Shown here: piece by piece, positions 1 to 7,394 of the stretch | Layout: each line of letters begins with the position of its first letter | How positions within the stretch are numbered: the stretch's first letter is position 1 | Notes under the pieces: generated by a model | Database searches by the model: none | Told to the model about the DNA's origin: nothing | What the model saw: only the letters and a program-made list of their open reading frames with translations | From: a virus | Lineage: Duplodnaviria > Caudoviricetes | Reading direction: 5' to 3' (one strand) | Virus record (IMG/VR): IMGVR_UViG_3300025009_000105 | Coordinates: 1 to 62,857 of that record | DNA length: 62,857 bases | Made by a program: the position numbers and the translations under genes

Positions 1-40
1 CCGCGTACGCGCATTACGTACCGCGTCCCGCGCCCTGGCG

Positions 41-49
41 TGGTATAAT
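41..49 (+). promoter_or_regulatory. extended -10 promoter (TGGTATAAT), probably a leaderless transcript
   Basis: TGnTATAAT consensus 6 nt upstream of the ATG at 56; no SD sequence. Confidence 0.6.
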
Positions 50-55
50 GCGGAC

Positions 56-304
56 ATGCCCAAGTTGACGTCCGACTACCCGACTCCGCTTAACATCCTG
101 GTCACGCCTGCCATGAAGCAAACATTGATCGCCGTGTCCTTCCACCAGGGGCGCCGGGGCGCGTTCGGCGCGGCTGCCCGGGACATGATCCAGGCAGGGA
201 TTGACAAGTACCTGGCAAGCCTGGGACCTGCTGACCGTAAGCGCTTCGATGAAGTGATGCAGAACGTAAAAATATCCAGCCAGTACAAGCAGGATCTAAA
301 ATAA
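56..304 (+). CDS. small DNA-binding protein, ribbon-helix-helix-like
   Basis: 82 aa; alternating N-terminal strand (PLNILVTP) followed by two helices; own promoter and terminator. Confidence 0.45.
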   Translation: MPKLTSDYPTPLNILVTPAMKQTLIAVSFHQGRRGAFGAAARDMIQAGIDKYLASLGPADRKRFDEVMQNVKISSQYKQDLK

Positions 305-336
305 CTCCCGCCGCGTGTCGGAACGCGGCGGGTTAT
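301..336. terminator. bidirectional intrinsic terminator between convergent genes
   Basis: CCCGCCGCGT...ACGCGGCGGG stem flanked by ATAAC/GTTAT. Confidence 0.6.
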
Positions 337-380
337 GTTAAAACACTTGAAACGGGGGGTTATTTCATGGGGTTGCCTCC

Positions 381-698
381 TCATCCATCCCAGAACGGGG
401 GATTTAATTCAGGCTCGCCAATGCCAAGGCTGCTTAACTTGTGCTGCATTTCCAGGAGTTGCAGCTTCTTGAGTTCAATCTCCAGGTCTTGCAGTAGTAC
501 CGCGTTGTTTTCCTTGGCGATTCTAGCCTGCTCCTGCTGTATCTTTAACTTGCCCTGTTCAATCTTTACTTTTTCCAGGGTGATGTTATCAAGCGCCTTA
601 CGTAACCGGCGCGGGGCGCCCATCATCCCGGCAAGCCCGGAGAGTATCCCGGACATTGCAGCATAAGGCGAACGGTAGGATCGACGGCGGCGGGACAT
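381..698 (-). CDS. hypothetical coiled-coil protein
   Basis: ORF from MSRRRRSY; Leu/Lys/Glu heptad-rich C-terminal half. Confidence 0.5.
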   Translation of the reverse strand: MSRRRRSYRSPYAAMSGILSGLAGMMGAPRRLRKALDNITLEKVKIEQGKLKIQQEQARIAKENNAVLLQDLEIELKKLQLLEMQHKLSSLGIGEPELNPPFWDG

Positions 699-705
699 GA
701 GTCTA

Positions 706-1014
706 TTATACCTCCGCCTCGACTTTGGCAATGACGGCGCGGGCACGTTGCAAAATATCCCATGCCTCGCCCGGCCTGTCTGGTTGGGGGTAAATGTTCG
801 GGGCGGCAATTTTAACAAGAGATTTTAGCGCGTCAAACACGGCGGGGGCCTCGGCTATAAAGCGCGCGTTGGCTTCGGCTTCAACTGGCCATTCTTTGGC
901 GTTGCCCATTGTGCAAATGATGCAGGGCGCGGCGTCTGCAATGACTCCCGTCTCGCCCTTCTTGCCGATGTTGTTGTGAACCTTCCAAGGTCCGGGGGTG
1001 TGTTTGGTCGCCAT
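706..1014 (-). CDS. conserved small phage protein (KHTPGPW...ANARFIAEAP type)
   Basis: N-terminal KHTPGPW and ANAR.IA.AP motifs are common in phage early proteins. Confidence 0.7.
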   Translation of the reverse strand: MATKHTPGPWKVHNNIGKKGETGVIADAAPCIICTMGNAKEWPVEAEANARFIAEAPAVFDALKSLVKIAAPNIYPQPDRPGEAWDILQRARAVIAKVEAEV

Positions 1015-1016
1015 GG

Positions 1017-1553
1017 TTACGCCTCGCTCTTGGGTGCGATCTTGCCGTTGGCGAAAAACAGGTACCCATTGGAGTCGCACGTCTCCCCAAATTGATCGTC
1101 GGAGTATTGCCCTTCACAATCCACCTGGGAGGCGTGTAACCAGGTCTTAAATGCTGCCTGCATGAGTTCCGGGAGGTCGGTCACTCCACGGCGGAACGCG
1201 GCGCGGAGTCCGTCTATCGCGTCCTCGTCTCCACAGTACCCGGTCAATACGCACTCACCATCCCCCCTACCCGTGCGCCGGTTATAGGATCCTAACTTGG
1301 AGATGGCGCCGCGAATCTCCTGCTTGGTAAGGTCTGGCATGTCGAAGGTTGCGAATGAGGGGGAGCAGTTGAACCAGTCTATCTCATAGTTCACCAACTT
1401 CCCGCCGAAATGCTGCGCCAGTTTTGCCAGAGACATCAGGGCGTCTTTACTCCAGGAATAGCCCCAGATGGACTGATGATCCTGCTTGGCGCGCGCCTTG
1501 CCCTTCTCGTCTAATTCACTGAAGGGGTAAACTGTCAGGGTGATGGTTTTCAT
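1017..1553 (-). CDS. conserved phage early hypothetical protein
   Basis: TVYPFSELDEKGKARA start, LTGYCGD core, NGYLF C-terminus; AAGGAG SD. Confidence 0.7.
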   Translation of the reverse strand: MKTITLTVYPFSELDEKGKARAKQDHQSIWGYSWSKDALMSLAKLAQHFGGKLVNYEIDWFNCSPSFATFDMPDLTKQEIRGAISKLGSYNRRTGRGDGECVLTGYCGDEDAIDGLRAAFRRGVTDLPELMQAAFKTWLHASQVDCEGQYSDDQFGETCDSNGYLFFANGKIAPKSEA

Positions 1554-1930
1554 TTTGACTCCTTATGGTCGCAGTCGCACGCCTCCGAAAAGTAGAGGGG
1601 GTGGTAAGTTCCGCCGATGTTGTCGTCTTGCCATGGATCGCCGGGGCGGATGTTTTTGCCGCGTGCCACAATGACCGCGGCGGGGGGGAGGGCGTCAAAA
1701 AATTCTCCATGGACATGCCAACAAGCGGAGGCAATATGACGTTGCACTCCCTTGTTGTTTACATGCCCCAGGCGCCCACCAGGACCGCGGGAGTTGTTGA
1801 CTGTGAGCGTGAAGCGGATGTTCTTACCGCACGGGGTCACGGATCGAAAACGGACATTCCCGCCGAAGTTTTGATTAACCCTCTCCAGGGCGGACTCCAA
1901 GTCTTGCACTGTAACATTTTTAACTAGCAT
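1550..1930 (-). CDS. hypothetical early protein with Cys/His motifs
   Basis: AAGGAGCATAGAATG start; ACWHVHG and CDC motifs. Confidence 0.7.
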   Translation of the reverse strand: MLVKNVTVQDLESALERVNQNFGGNVRFRSVTPCGKNIRFTLTVNNSRGPGGRLGHVNNKGVQRHIASACWHVHGEFFDALPPAAVIVARGKNIRPGDPWQDDNIGGTYHPLYFSEACDCDHKESK

Positions 1931-2024
1931 TCTATGCTCCTTGTTTACGGGGCAGGCGGTATTCCTGCCGTCCGGCTTGCCCCAGACCTTACCGGGTCCG
2001 GGGCAATATCGGAGGGGCGGGAGG

Positions 2025-2501
2025 TTAGCGCGCCCAGTAGGTCACGCCGTCAAATTCGGCAGATGTGTAATCCTGCTGCAAGTCCTCGGCGACTCCTTCC
2101 CAATTGATATTACCGGCGATATATTCCGGGAGGTCGCGCGGCAATGCACCAAGGTCGCTTACAAGGTCCTTGCAGTAGTCAATCCAGGCGGACTCCCGGA
2201 TGAGGGTTACGCCGTGGCGCCAGTCGTCGCAGTACCCTTCCAGGTCATCCCGGAGGGATAGCAGTACCTTTAATTCCTGCCCGTCGTCGGAGTCGTCCCA
2301 TTCTCCCCACTTTTCCGCCTGTTCATCGGTCCAGTTCTTAATGATCGCCGGCTGATTCTGGGGGGCCTCCGTGTTCAGATAATCCGGGAGGTCGTTTTCA
2401 GATTGAAAATCATCCCGGGCGGATTCGAGGTCGTTAATACGTTCCTCTATATCCCGGGAGTCGATATAGTCGTCATTGTTGGAGGGGGGATTCTTAATCA
2501 T
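2025..2501 (-). CDS. acidic ArdA-like antirestriction / DNA-mimic candidate
   Basis: very Asp/Glu-rich; C-terminal LPEYIAGNINWEGVAEDL resembles the ArdA C-terminal Y.D.E..ARDL motif. Confidence 0.5.
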   Translation of the reverse strand: MIKNPPSNNDDYIDSRDIEERINDLESARDDFQSENDLPDYLNTEAPQNQPAIIKNWTDEQAEKWGEWDDSDDGQELKVLLSLRDDLEGYCDDWRHGVTLIRESAWIDYCKDLVSDLGALPRDLPEYIAGNINWEGVAEDLQQDYTSAEFDGVTYWAR

Positions 2502-2518
2502 GGTATGCTCCTTGTGTA

Positions 2519-2665
2519 TCAGATTCGGCACGTACAGCGGCCACCATATCGCCTTACCATATCGCAGAATGCGAAAACATCGGTTAGCGAATCGGTGAAG
2601 TAATCCCCGCTTACTTCATAGGCATAATTCGGATCGTGGTACCAGTAACTTATACAATATTTCAT
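2519..2665 (-). CDS. small hypothetical early protein
   Basis: AAGGAGCCTGCTATG start; 48 aa. Confidence 0.45.
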   Translation of the reverse strand: MKYCISYWYHDPNYAYEVSGDYFTDSLTDVFAFCDMVRRYGGRCTCRI

Positions 2666-2675
2666 AGCAGGCTCC

Positions 2676-3059
2676 TTAATAATCCGCCAGTTCTTGCAGG
2701 TCGCCATCGGTTAATCCAAGCCTGACGGCTGCCTGATCCGACTCTTGACATCCCTTTATTATCCTAGGGATGTCGTTACCCTTGCAACCCTCTAAAATTT
2801 CCCACTCCTCGAAGCGCGCTATCATAGCGTCGGACGCGAAACATGCCGCCGCGCCTCGGAGGTCGCAACCCTTCCCGGTCTCCATGTCGTGCCTGCTCCC
2901 CCAGAAGTCAAAAGTATAAGACCGTCTTCCAACCTTTGATTTTCTTCCCGTCTTGATTGTTACTTCATAGCAACGGCCGGACGGCTCCCAAGGCGCCTTT
3001 TTATTCCCCCTTACATAATCCAGTTTAACGGCATGTCCAGATTTTAGCGGTATGTCCAT
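2676..3059 (-). CDS. hypothetical early protein
   Basis: AAGGAGCATAGAATG start; 127 aa. Confidence 0.7.
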   Translation of the reverse strand: MDIPLKSGHAVKLDYVRGNKKAPWEPSGRCYEVTIKTGRKSKVGRRSYTFDFWGSRHDMETGKGCDLRGAAACFASDAMIARFEEWEILEGCKGNDIPRIIKGCQESDQAAVRLGLTDGDLQELADY

Positions 3060-3163
3060 TCTATGCTCCTTCCCGACTCATGTCGGTAATAGTGAGATGG
3101 GCACATCCCATCTCTAGCCCGGGTACGTCCAGGGAGACGCGCCCAGGATAGGGACGGGAGGGG

Positions 3164-3478
3164 TTATGAGATTAAGCAGGAAAACTCCTCGGGTCCCATG
3201 TTCTGCGCTTCAGGCATGGCTGCGAACCGGTTAAACTCCCGTGCGACCGTGCGGACTCTCATTCCCTTAAACCGGCGCAGATCATCCGGGGTGCCAACGA
3301 TGGTTGTACCCGACTCGGTTACAACGAAGTGGAACGGGTAAAAATACCACCTGCTGCCCATGTCGCCAGAATGCTCCCAGGCGGACTCTATGTCCGTGAA
3401 TGCGTCCTCATGGTAGGGCGTCTCGGTTTTATAATCGCCGTCAAATGACATGCAGATTAATTTGTACTTCGGGGTCAT
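3164..3478 (-). CDS. hypothetical early protein
   Basis: AAGGAGCACACCATG start; MGSRWYFYPF motif. Confidence 0.7.
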   Translation of the reverse strand: MTPKYKLICMSFDGDYKTETPYHEDAFTDIESAWEHSGDMGSRWYFYPFHFVVTESGTTIVGTPDDLRRFKGMRVRTVAREFNRFAAMPEAQNMGPEEFSCLIS

Positions 3479-3792
3479 GGTGTGCTCCTTTCAAATTCGA
3501 TTGTCCAGGGAATGCAGGGGGTATGATTGTCATCCGCCAATTTGTAAAATGTCTCCAGGCTGTAAATATTCTGGAATGCCGCGCCGGTCCTGCCGTCCTT
3601 AACCATCAGGTCCCGGGCGTCCTGTTCACTGGTTGCAATGACCTGATAAACTCCCTGTACATCTTGGGAATGATAAACGAAAGTAAACAGGACAGGCGCC
3701 GGGGGATTATCGCAGGCTTGGCAGTATTTGACGCCGTGCGCACGCCCAAATTCAGGGAGGGGGTTCCCGCAGATTGTACATTTTTCATTCAT
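3475..3792 (-). CDS. hypothetical zinc-ribbon protein
   Basis: AAGGAGCATACCATG start; CTIC...CQAC. Confidence 0.65.
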   Translation of the reverse strand: MNEKCTICGNPLPEFGRAHGVKYCQACDNPPAPVLFTFVYHSQDVQGVYQVIATSEQDARDLMVKDGRTGAAFQNIYSLETFYKLADDNHTPCIPWTIEFERSTP

Positions 3793-3877
3793 GGTATGCT
3801 CCTTATGATGTATTATCTCATGGCTGATATATAGTGGGGGAGGATGAAAGTCACCCTTCCTAATATGACATTTGTCA

Positions 3878-3985
3878 CTATTTGCCGGGGTCGAACCACC
3901 CCAGGCACAGCCCCATGGCAAGGACCGCAGCCACCAGGACAAGGGAGGGCAGGACTCCCGGGTTGCAGATGATCGTAATTGTCAA
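3878..3985 (-). CDS. 35-aa single-TM peptide (not in the ORF track)
   Basis: AAGGAGCATACC leader followed by TTG; hydrophobic VLPSLVLVAAVLAMGLCLGWF. Confidence 0.45.
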   Translation of the reverse strand: MTITIICNPGVLPSLVLVAAVLAMGLCLGWFDPGK

Positions 3986-3997
3986 GGTATGCTCCTT

Positions 3998-4426
3998 TTA
4001 GAGCGGCGGAAATTCCCGGGCGTCAAGGCACTTAAACTCTGTGCGCGAGTTCTCGGCGCGGATGGTCAGGATCTGGACGCTGGGATTAAACTCAAGGGCA
4101 AGGATGCCGTAACCGCATGTAGCCATAACCTTGCACCAGTCAAAGAACGGGTGAGTAGTGATGGTTTTCGATCCCTTTCCATAGCCGCCGGGGTGACATG
4201 TGGTTTTTAGGTACATTGGGATGCAAGTCTCGAAAGGCTCTTCTGTGCGTGCGCGGGCACTTGCCTTATAAACCTTCTCAAGGTCAGTTGTGGTGATGGT
4301 GATTTGCCCGTCCTTCACAGTGAGACGCGCATGATTCAGGATTGGCAGGGGTGAGCCTTTTGTAATCTTGACTTCCTTTACTGCCCGAAATAGGTTTTCG
4401 GCTAAAACGGCATTGGGTGTGCTCAT
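3998..4426 (-). CDS. single-domain homologue of the DNA polymerase III beta-clamp N-terminal domain
   Basis: SPLPILNHARLTVKDGQITITTTDLE and terminal FKCLDAREFPPL match the start and end of DnaN domain I; only 142 aa. Confidence 0.65.
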   Translation of the reverse strand: MSTPNAVLAENLFRAVKEVKITKGSPLPILNHARLTVKDGQITITTTDLEKVYKASARARTEEPFETCIPMYLKTTCHPGGYGKGSKTITTHPFFDWCKVMATCGYGILALEFNPSVQILTIRAENSRTEFKCLDAREFPPL

Positions 4427-4501
4427 TCTATGCTCCTTTACGATTGTAGATTGACATTGCACAAATTGCCTGGGTTATACGTGATTTTATCCTGATATGC
4501 C

Positions 4502-4819
4502 TTACACCTCCCGAACATCATCCCAAATAAGCCCGTTCATGTCATATAAGCGGACCTTACCAATGCGGGCGGTATCATAGACGGCAGAATGGAATGTATC
4601 AGGGTCTGACCCTTCGAAAGTGATGATAAGGTCGTTGCCTTTGAATTGATATTCCATCTCGCATTCCTTCAGCCATTTTTCAACGTCTGATTTTAAGCAC
4701 TTGGGATTCGCCCATCCATTCCAGTGACTGCCGTCTGTGAACCCGCGGACGCGTTCTTTATCCCCATCAATGCAGAAGTATGACATTGCCAGCGGTTTAC
4801 GTTCACTCCATGCTACCAT
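4502..4819 (-). CDS. hypothetical early protein (WNGW motif)
   Basis: AAGGAGCATAAAATG start; GFTDGSHWNGWANP. Confidence 0.7.
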   Translation of the reverse strand: MVAWSERKPLAMSYFCIDGDKERVRGFTDGSHWNGWANPKCLKSDVEKWLKECEMEYQFKGNDLIITFEGSDPDTFHSAVYDTARIGKVRLYDMNGLIWDDVREV

Positions 4820-4900
4820 TTTATGCTCCTTATGTTAGATTCGGCTTATGCCGTCCAGTTCAGCCATTAACTGATTAATGGCTGATAGCATGGCACAAGA

Positions 4901-5101
4901 CTAGGGATTGACGGGTTCAGTCGTTTCCGTTACCTTTACAATCTTGCACAAGGCGGCCTGTTCTTTCCAGTATGCTGCGTTTCCACGATCTGAGCATTCG
5001 CCGAATCTCGCGACGGCTTGCTGTGCTTCTGGCAGTGTGTCGAAATTCATGTTGGCGAATGTGCTGGGTGTAATTACACGGTAGTAAACTTTTGCATTCA
5101 T
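4901..5101 (-). CDS. small hypothetical early protein
   Basis: AAGGAGCATACAATG start; 66 aa. Confidence 0.6.
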   Translation of the reverse strand: MNAKVYYRVITPSTFANMNFDTLPEAQQAVARFGECSDRGNAAYWKEQAALCKIVKVTETTEPVNP

Positions 5102-5112
5102 TGTATGCTCCT

Positions 5113-5214
5113 TTATAGTCCTATGAATGTGAATGCCCAATTGACAAGCAGATAAGCGCCAATTGCAAGCAGGATAAAAAAGATTGTGTTTAGAGTGGAA
5201 AGCGTTTTGTTCAT
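5113..5214 (-). CDS. 33-aa single-TM peptide, first gene of the early array (not in the ORF track)
   Basis: AAGGAGCAACCAATG start; MNKTLSTLNTIFFILLAIGAYLLVNWAFTFIGL. Confidence 0.5.
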   Translation of the reverse strand: MNKTLSTLNTIFFILLAIGAYLLVNWAFTFIGL

Positions 5215-5236
5215 TGGTTGCTCCTTGAATGCCTGT

Positions 5237-5242
5237 ATTATA
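5237..5242 (-). promoter_or_regulatory. -10 element of the leftward early promoter
   Basis: TATAAT on the minus strand just upstream of the first SD of the array. Confidence 0.45.
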
Positions 5243-5460
5243 CTTTCACTAGTACATATAAGCCACTTTTACAAGGTCTGAATGTGATACCAATATATGC
5301 CTTCTACCTGGACGCCGGCACTGTACACATGTTCTAAGTATGCGCCTGGCTGATCTGATTTGTCATAGTGTAATGTGACATTAGGCGCCCATGTATGCAC
5401 ATTGTAAGAAGGGCTGCTATATGCGCATTCTTGTCAATGTTTATTGTAATGAATTTTATA

Positions 5461-5472
5461 TGACAAATGTCA
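5461..5472. promoter_or_regulatory. palindromic operator-like site TGACA-N2-TGTCA
   Basis: same site at 3866 and 14756; variants at 48680 and 62769; lies in the divergent early/late intergenic region. Confidence 0.55.
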
Positions 5473-5594
5473 CACGCGCACGCAGAACAAATGTTCTTCC
5501 GAAACGAATTTTCGCTAATGCACTACCCCTCTCGCAAAATTTGCCTAAAAATGGGTCTTATGTCTATTCCTAATAGGAATAATAGTGATACAAT

Positions 5595-6164
5595 GTGCAG
5601 GAACAGGAGAATAATCCCATGAATGTCATTTTGAAACATTTGAGGCAAGTCGAGGAGGGGATGTCCCTGCTCGATCAGAACGAAGTAACCGAAGTCCTGC
5701 GGTTGTTAAGAGCGTGCAGGAGTTTAGGCGGGACGGCCTACATCTTTGGAAATGGGGGGAGCGCGGCGACGTCCAGCCACTTTGCGAACGACCTGGTGAA
5801 GATGGGCAGGTTGAGGGCGCACTGCTTGAGTGACCAGGTGCCCGTAATGACCGCGTACGGGAATGATGAGGGGTGGGGGAACATGTATGCCAACATGCTG
5901 CGAAAGTATTTCAACCCGGAGAAGGATGTGGCGGTTGGGATCTCGTGCAGCGGGAGCAGTGAGAATGTGATATGGGCACTGAAAGATGTGATCGAGTCGG
6001 GTGGGTCTGCGGCTGGGCTGACCGGGATTGACAACGATTCCGGTATTCACCTGGTAGGCGACATAAGGTTGGTCCATGCGAGGGTGCCGGACATACGGGT
6101 GCAGGAGGATATACACAGCATGGTGTGTCACGCACTGGCGCGTGGGATGCAGGAGGGGGAATGA
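5595..6164 (+). CDS. gmhA: sedoheptulose-7-phosphate isomerase (SIS domain)
   Basis: FGNGGSAATSSHFANDL, TAYGND, GISCSGSSENV, QEDIH motifs. Confidence 0.9.
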   Translation: MQEQENNPMNVILKHLRQVEEGMSLLDQNEVTEVLRLLRACRSLGGTAYIFGNGGSAATSSHFANDLVKMGRLRAHCLSDQVPVMTAYGNDEGWGNMYANMLRKYFNPEKDVAVGISCSGSSENVIWALKDVIESGGSAAGLTGIDNDSGIHLVGDIRLVHARVPDIRVQEDIHSMVCHALARGMQEGE

Positions 6165-6502
6165 ACAGAAAAGAATGGAAAGAGGTACGAGAAAAACTAA
6201 CCGAAGGAAAGATTCGGGAGATGTATGAGGCGCAGGACAAAATAATGTGCGCTTATTGTGGTCACACAAACAAAAAGAGCGACAAGGCGGGAGTAATAAA
6301 TCACACCTTAACCTGCGACAAGCGCCCGGAGAAGAAACTGCTTGCCGAAGCATTCAAGGTGGAGGATCGTTTGTTCGGTTGGCTCAAACACGTAACCGGC
6401 ATTTCAGCGGACAGCGCAGAGCATTACTGGCCCACGCAGTGCAAAACGTGCGCGGAGATTAAAGTAGCACTTGATCGGTACGATGAAAAAGAGGATAAAT
6501 GA
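6161..6502 (+). CDS. hypothetical zinc-finger protein
   Basis: CAYC...HxxxC and CKTC; ATGA overlap with gmhA. Confidence 0.6.
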   Translation: MNRKEWKEVREKLTEGKIREMYEAQDKIMCAYCGHTNKKSDKAGVINHTLTCDKRPEKKLLAEAFKVEDRLFGWLKHVTGISADSAEHYWPTQCKTCAEIKVALDRYDEKEDK

Positions 6503-6503
6503 T

Positions 6504-7394
6504 GTGGCGAAATGTCGGGCACTCAAAAAGAACTGCAAATGCGGGTGGCGCGTCGGGTTGGGGAAACGGCAGGAGAATTGTCCTGTATGCGGGACTGACC
6601 TGCATTGTGGGCATGATCCTGTACCTGGCTACGCTTATTGCTCGTATCATGGCGCCCCTGCGCCGGATCGAAATTTCTACGGCAAGGGCACGATGAAGAA
6701 CGGGTCAGCCAGCCAGTTCCCGCTGATGAGACTGGCATCCAAGTACAACCAGATGCTCCGTGATGGGCGGGTATTGAGCAACCGTCAGTCGCTCGAGATC
6801 GTGCGGATGCGTATTCAGCAGTTGGCAGACCGCATCGACATAGATGAGGCGCCAGACCGGGTGGCGAAACTTTATACACTGTGGCAGGAGTACGAGGCGC
6901 TGCGGGGTGCCAATCGGGATGGGGAAGCGAAACTCAAGGAAAAAGAGATCGATGACGAGTTCGAGAAGGTGTACCACGACTACGCCGCCTGGAAGCAGAT
7001 GTTCGACGCGCTTGACCTGGACAGGAAGATGGTCGAGAGCGAAGTCAAGATACTGAAAGAGATCAGAGCCATCATCACTGTCGAGGACGCCTATGAACTG
7101 TCCGCCAAACTCCTTGCCGCCGTTATGCGTGTCGAGGATGACCCCAAGAAAATGAAACAGGTGCAGTATGAGTTCACACGAATCATCGGAGAGTCTGGTG
7201 ACAACGCTTCAGCGGGATATGGGGAGGATGATCGGGGAAGCAGCGGAGAAGAAATTATCGAGCCAGGATCCGGTACGGTGGATAGAGAGGAATTTTTATA
7301 TCCCGGAGACCAAGAACGATCCGAAATTGAAGGGCAGGATCGGTCTGGAGGATTACCAGAGGGACGCATTGAGGGAGGCGTTATCGAGGGATGA
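6504..7394 (+). CDS. terminase small subunit-like protein with N-terminal Cys-rich zinc domain
   Basis: GTG after GAGGA; CKC, CPVC, C..HG; helical core; directly upstream of and overlapping TerL. Confidence 0.55.
   Translation: MAKCRALKKNCKCGWRVGLGKRQENCPVCGTDLHCGHDPVPGYAYCSYHGAPAPDRNFYGKGTMKNGSASQFPLMRLASKYNQMLRDGRVLSNRQSLEIVRMRIQQLADRIDIDEAPDRVAKLYTLWQEYEALRGANRDGEAKLKEKEIDDEFEKVYHDYAAWKQMFDALDLDRKMVESEVKILKEIRAIITVEDAYELSAKLLAAVMRVEDDPKKMKQVQYEFTRIIGESGDNASAGYGEDDRGSSGEEIIEPGSGTVDREEFLYPGDQERSEIEGQDRSGGLPEGRIEGGVIEG

Noticed and set aside
1928-5226. CRISPR array or integron cassette array
   Set aside because: The repeated unit is only ~10 nt and is an SD-containing leader, the spacing is gene-sized, and no cas gene, integron integrase or attC consensus was seen
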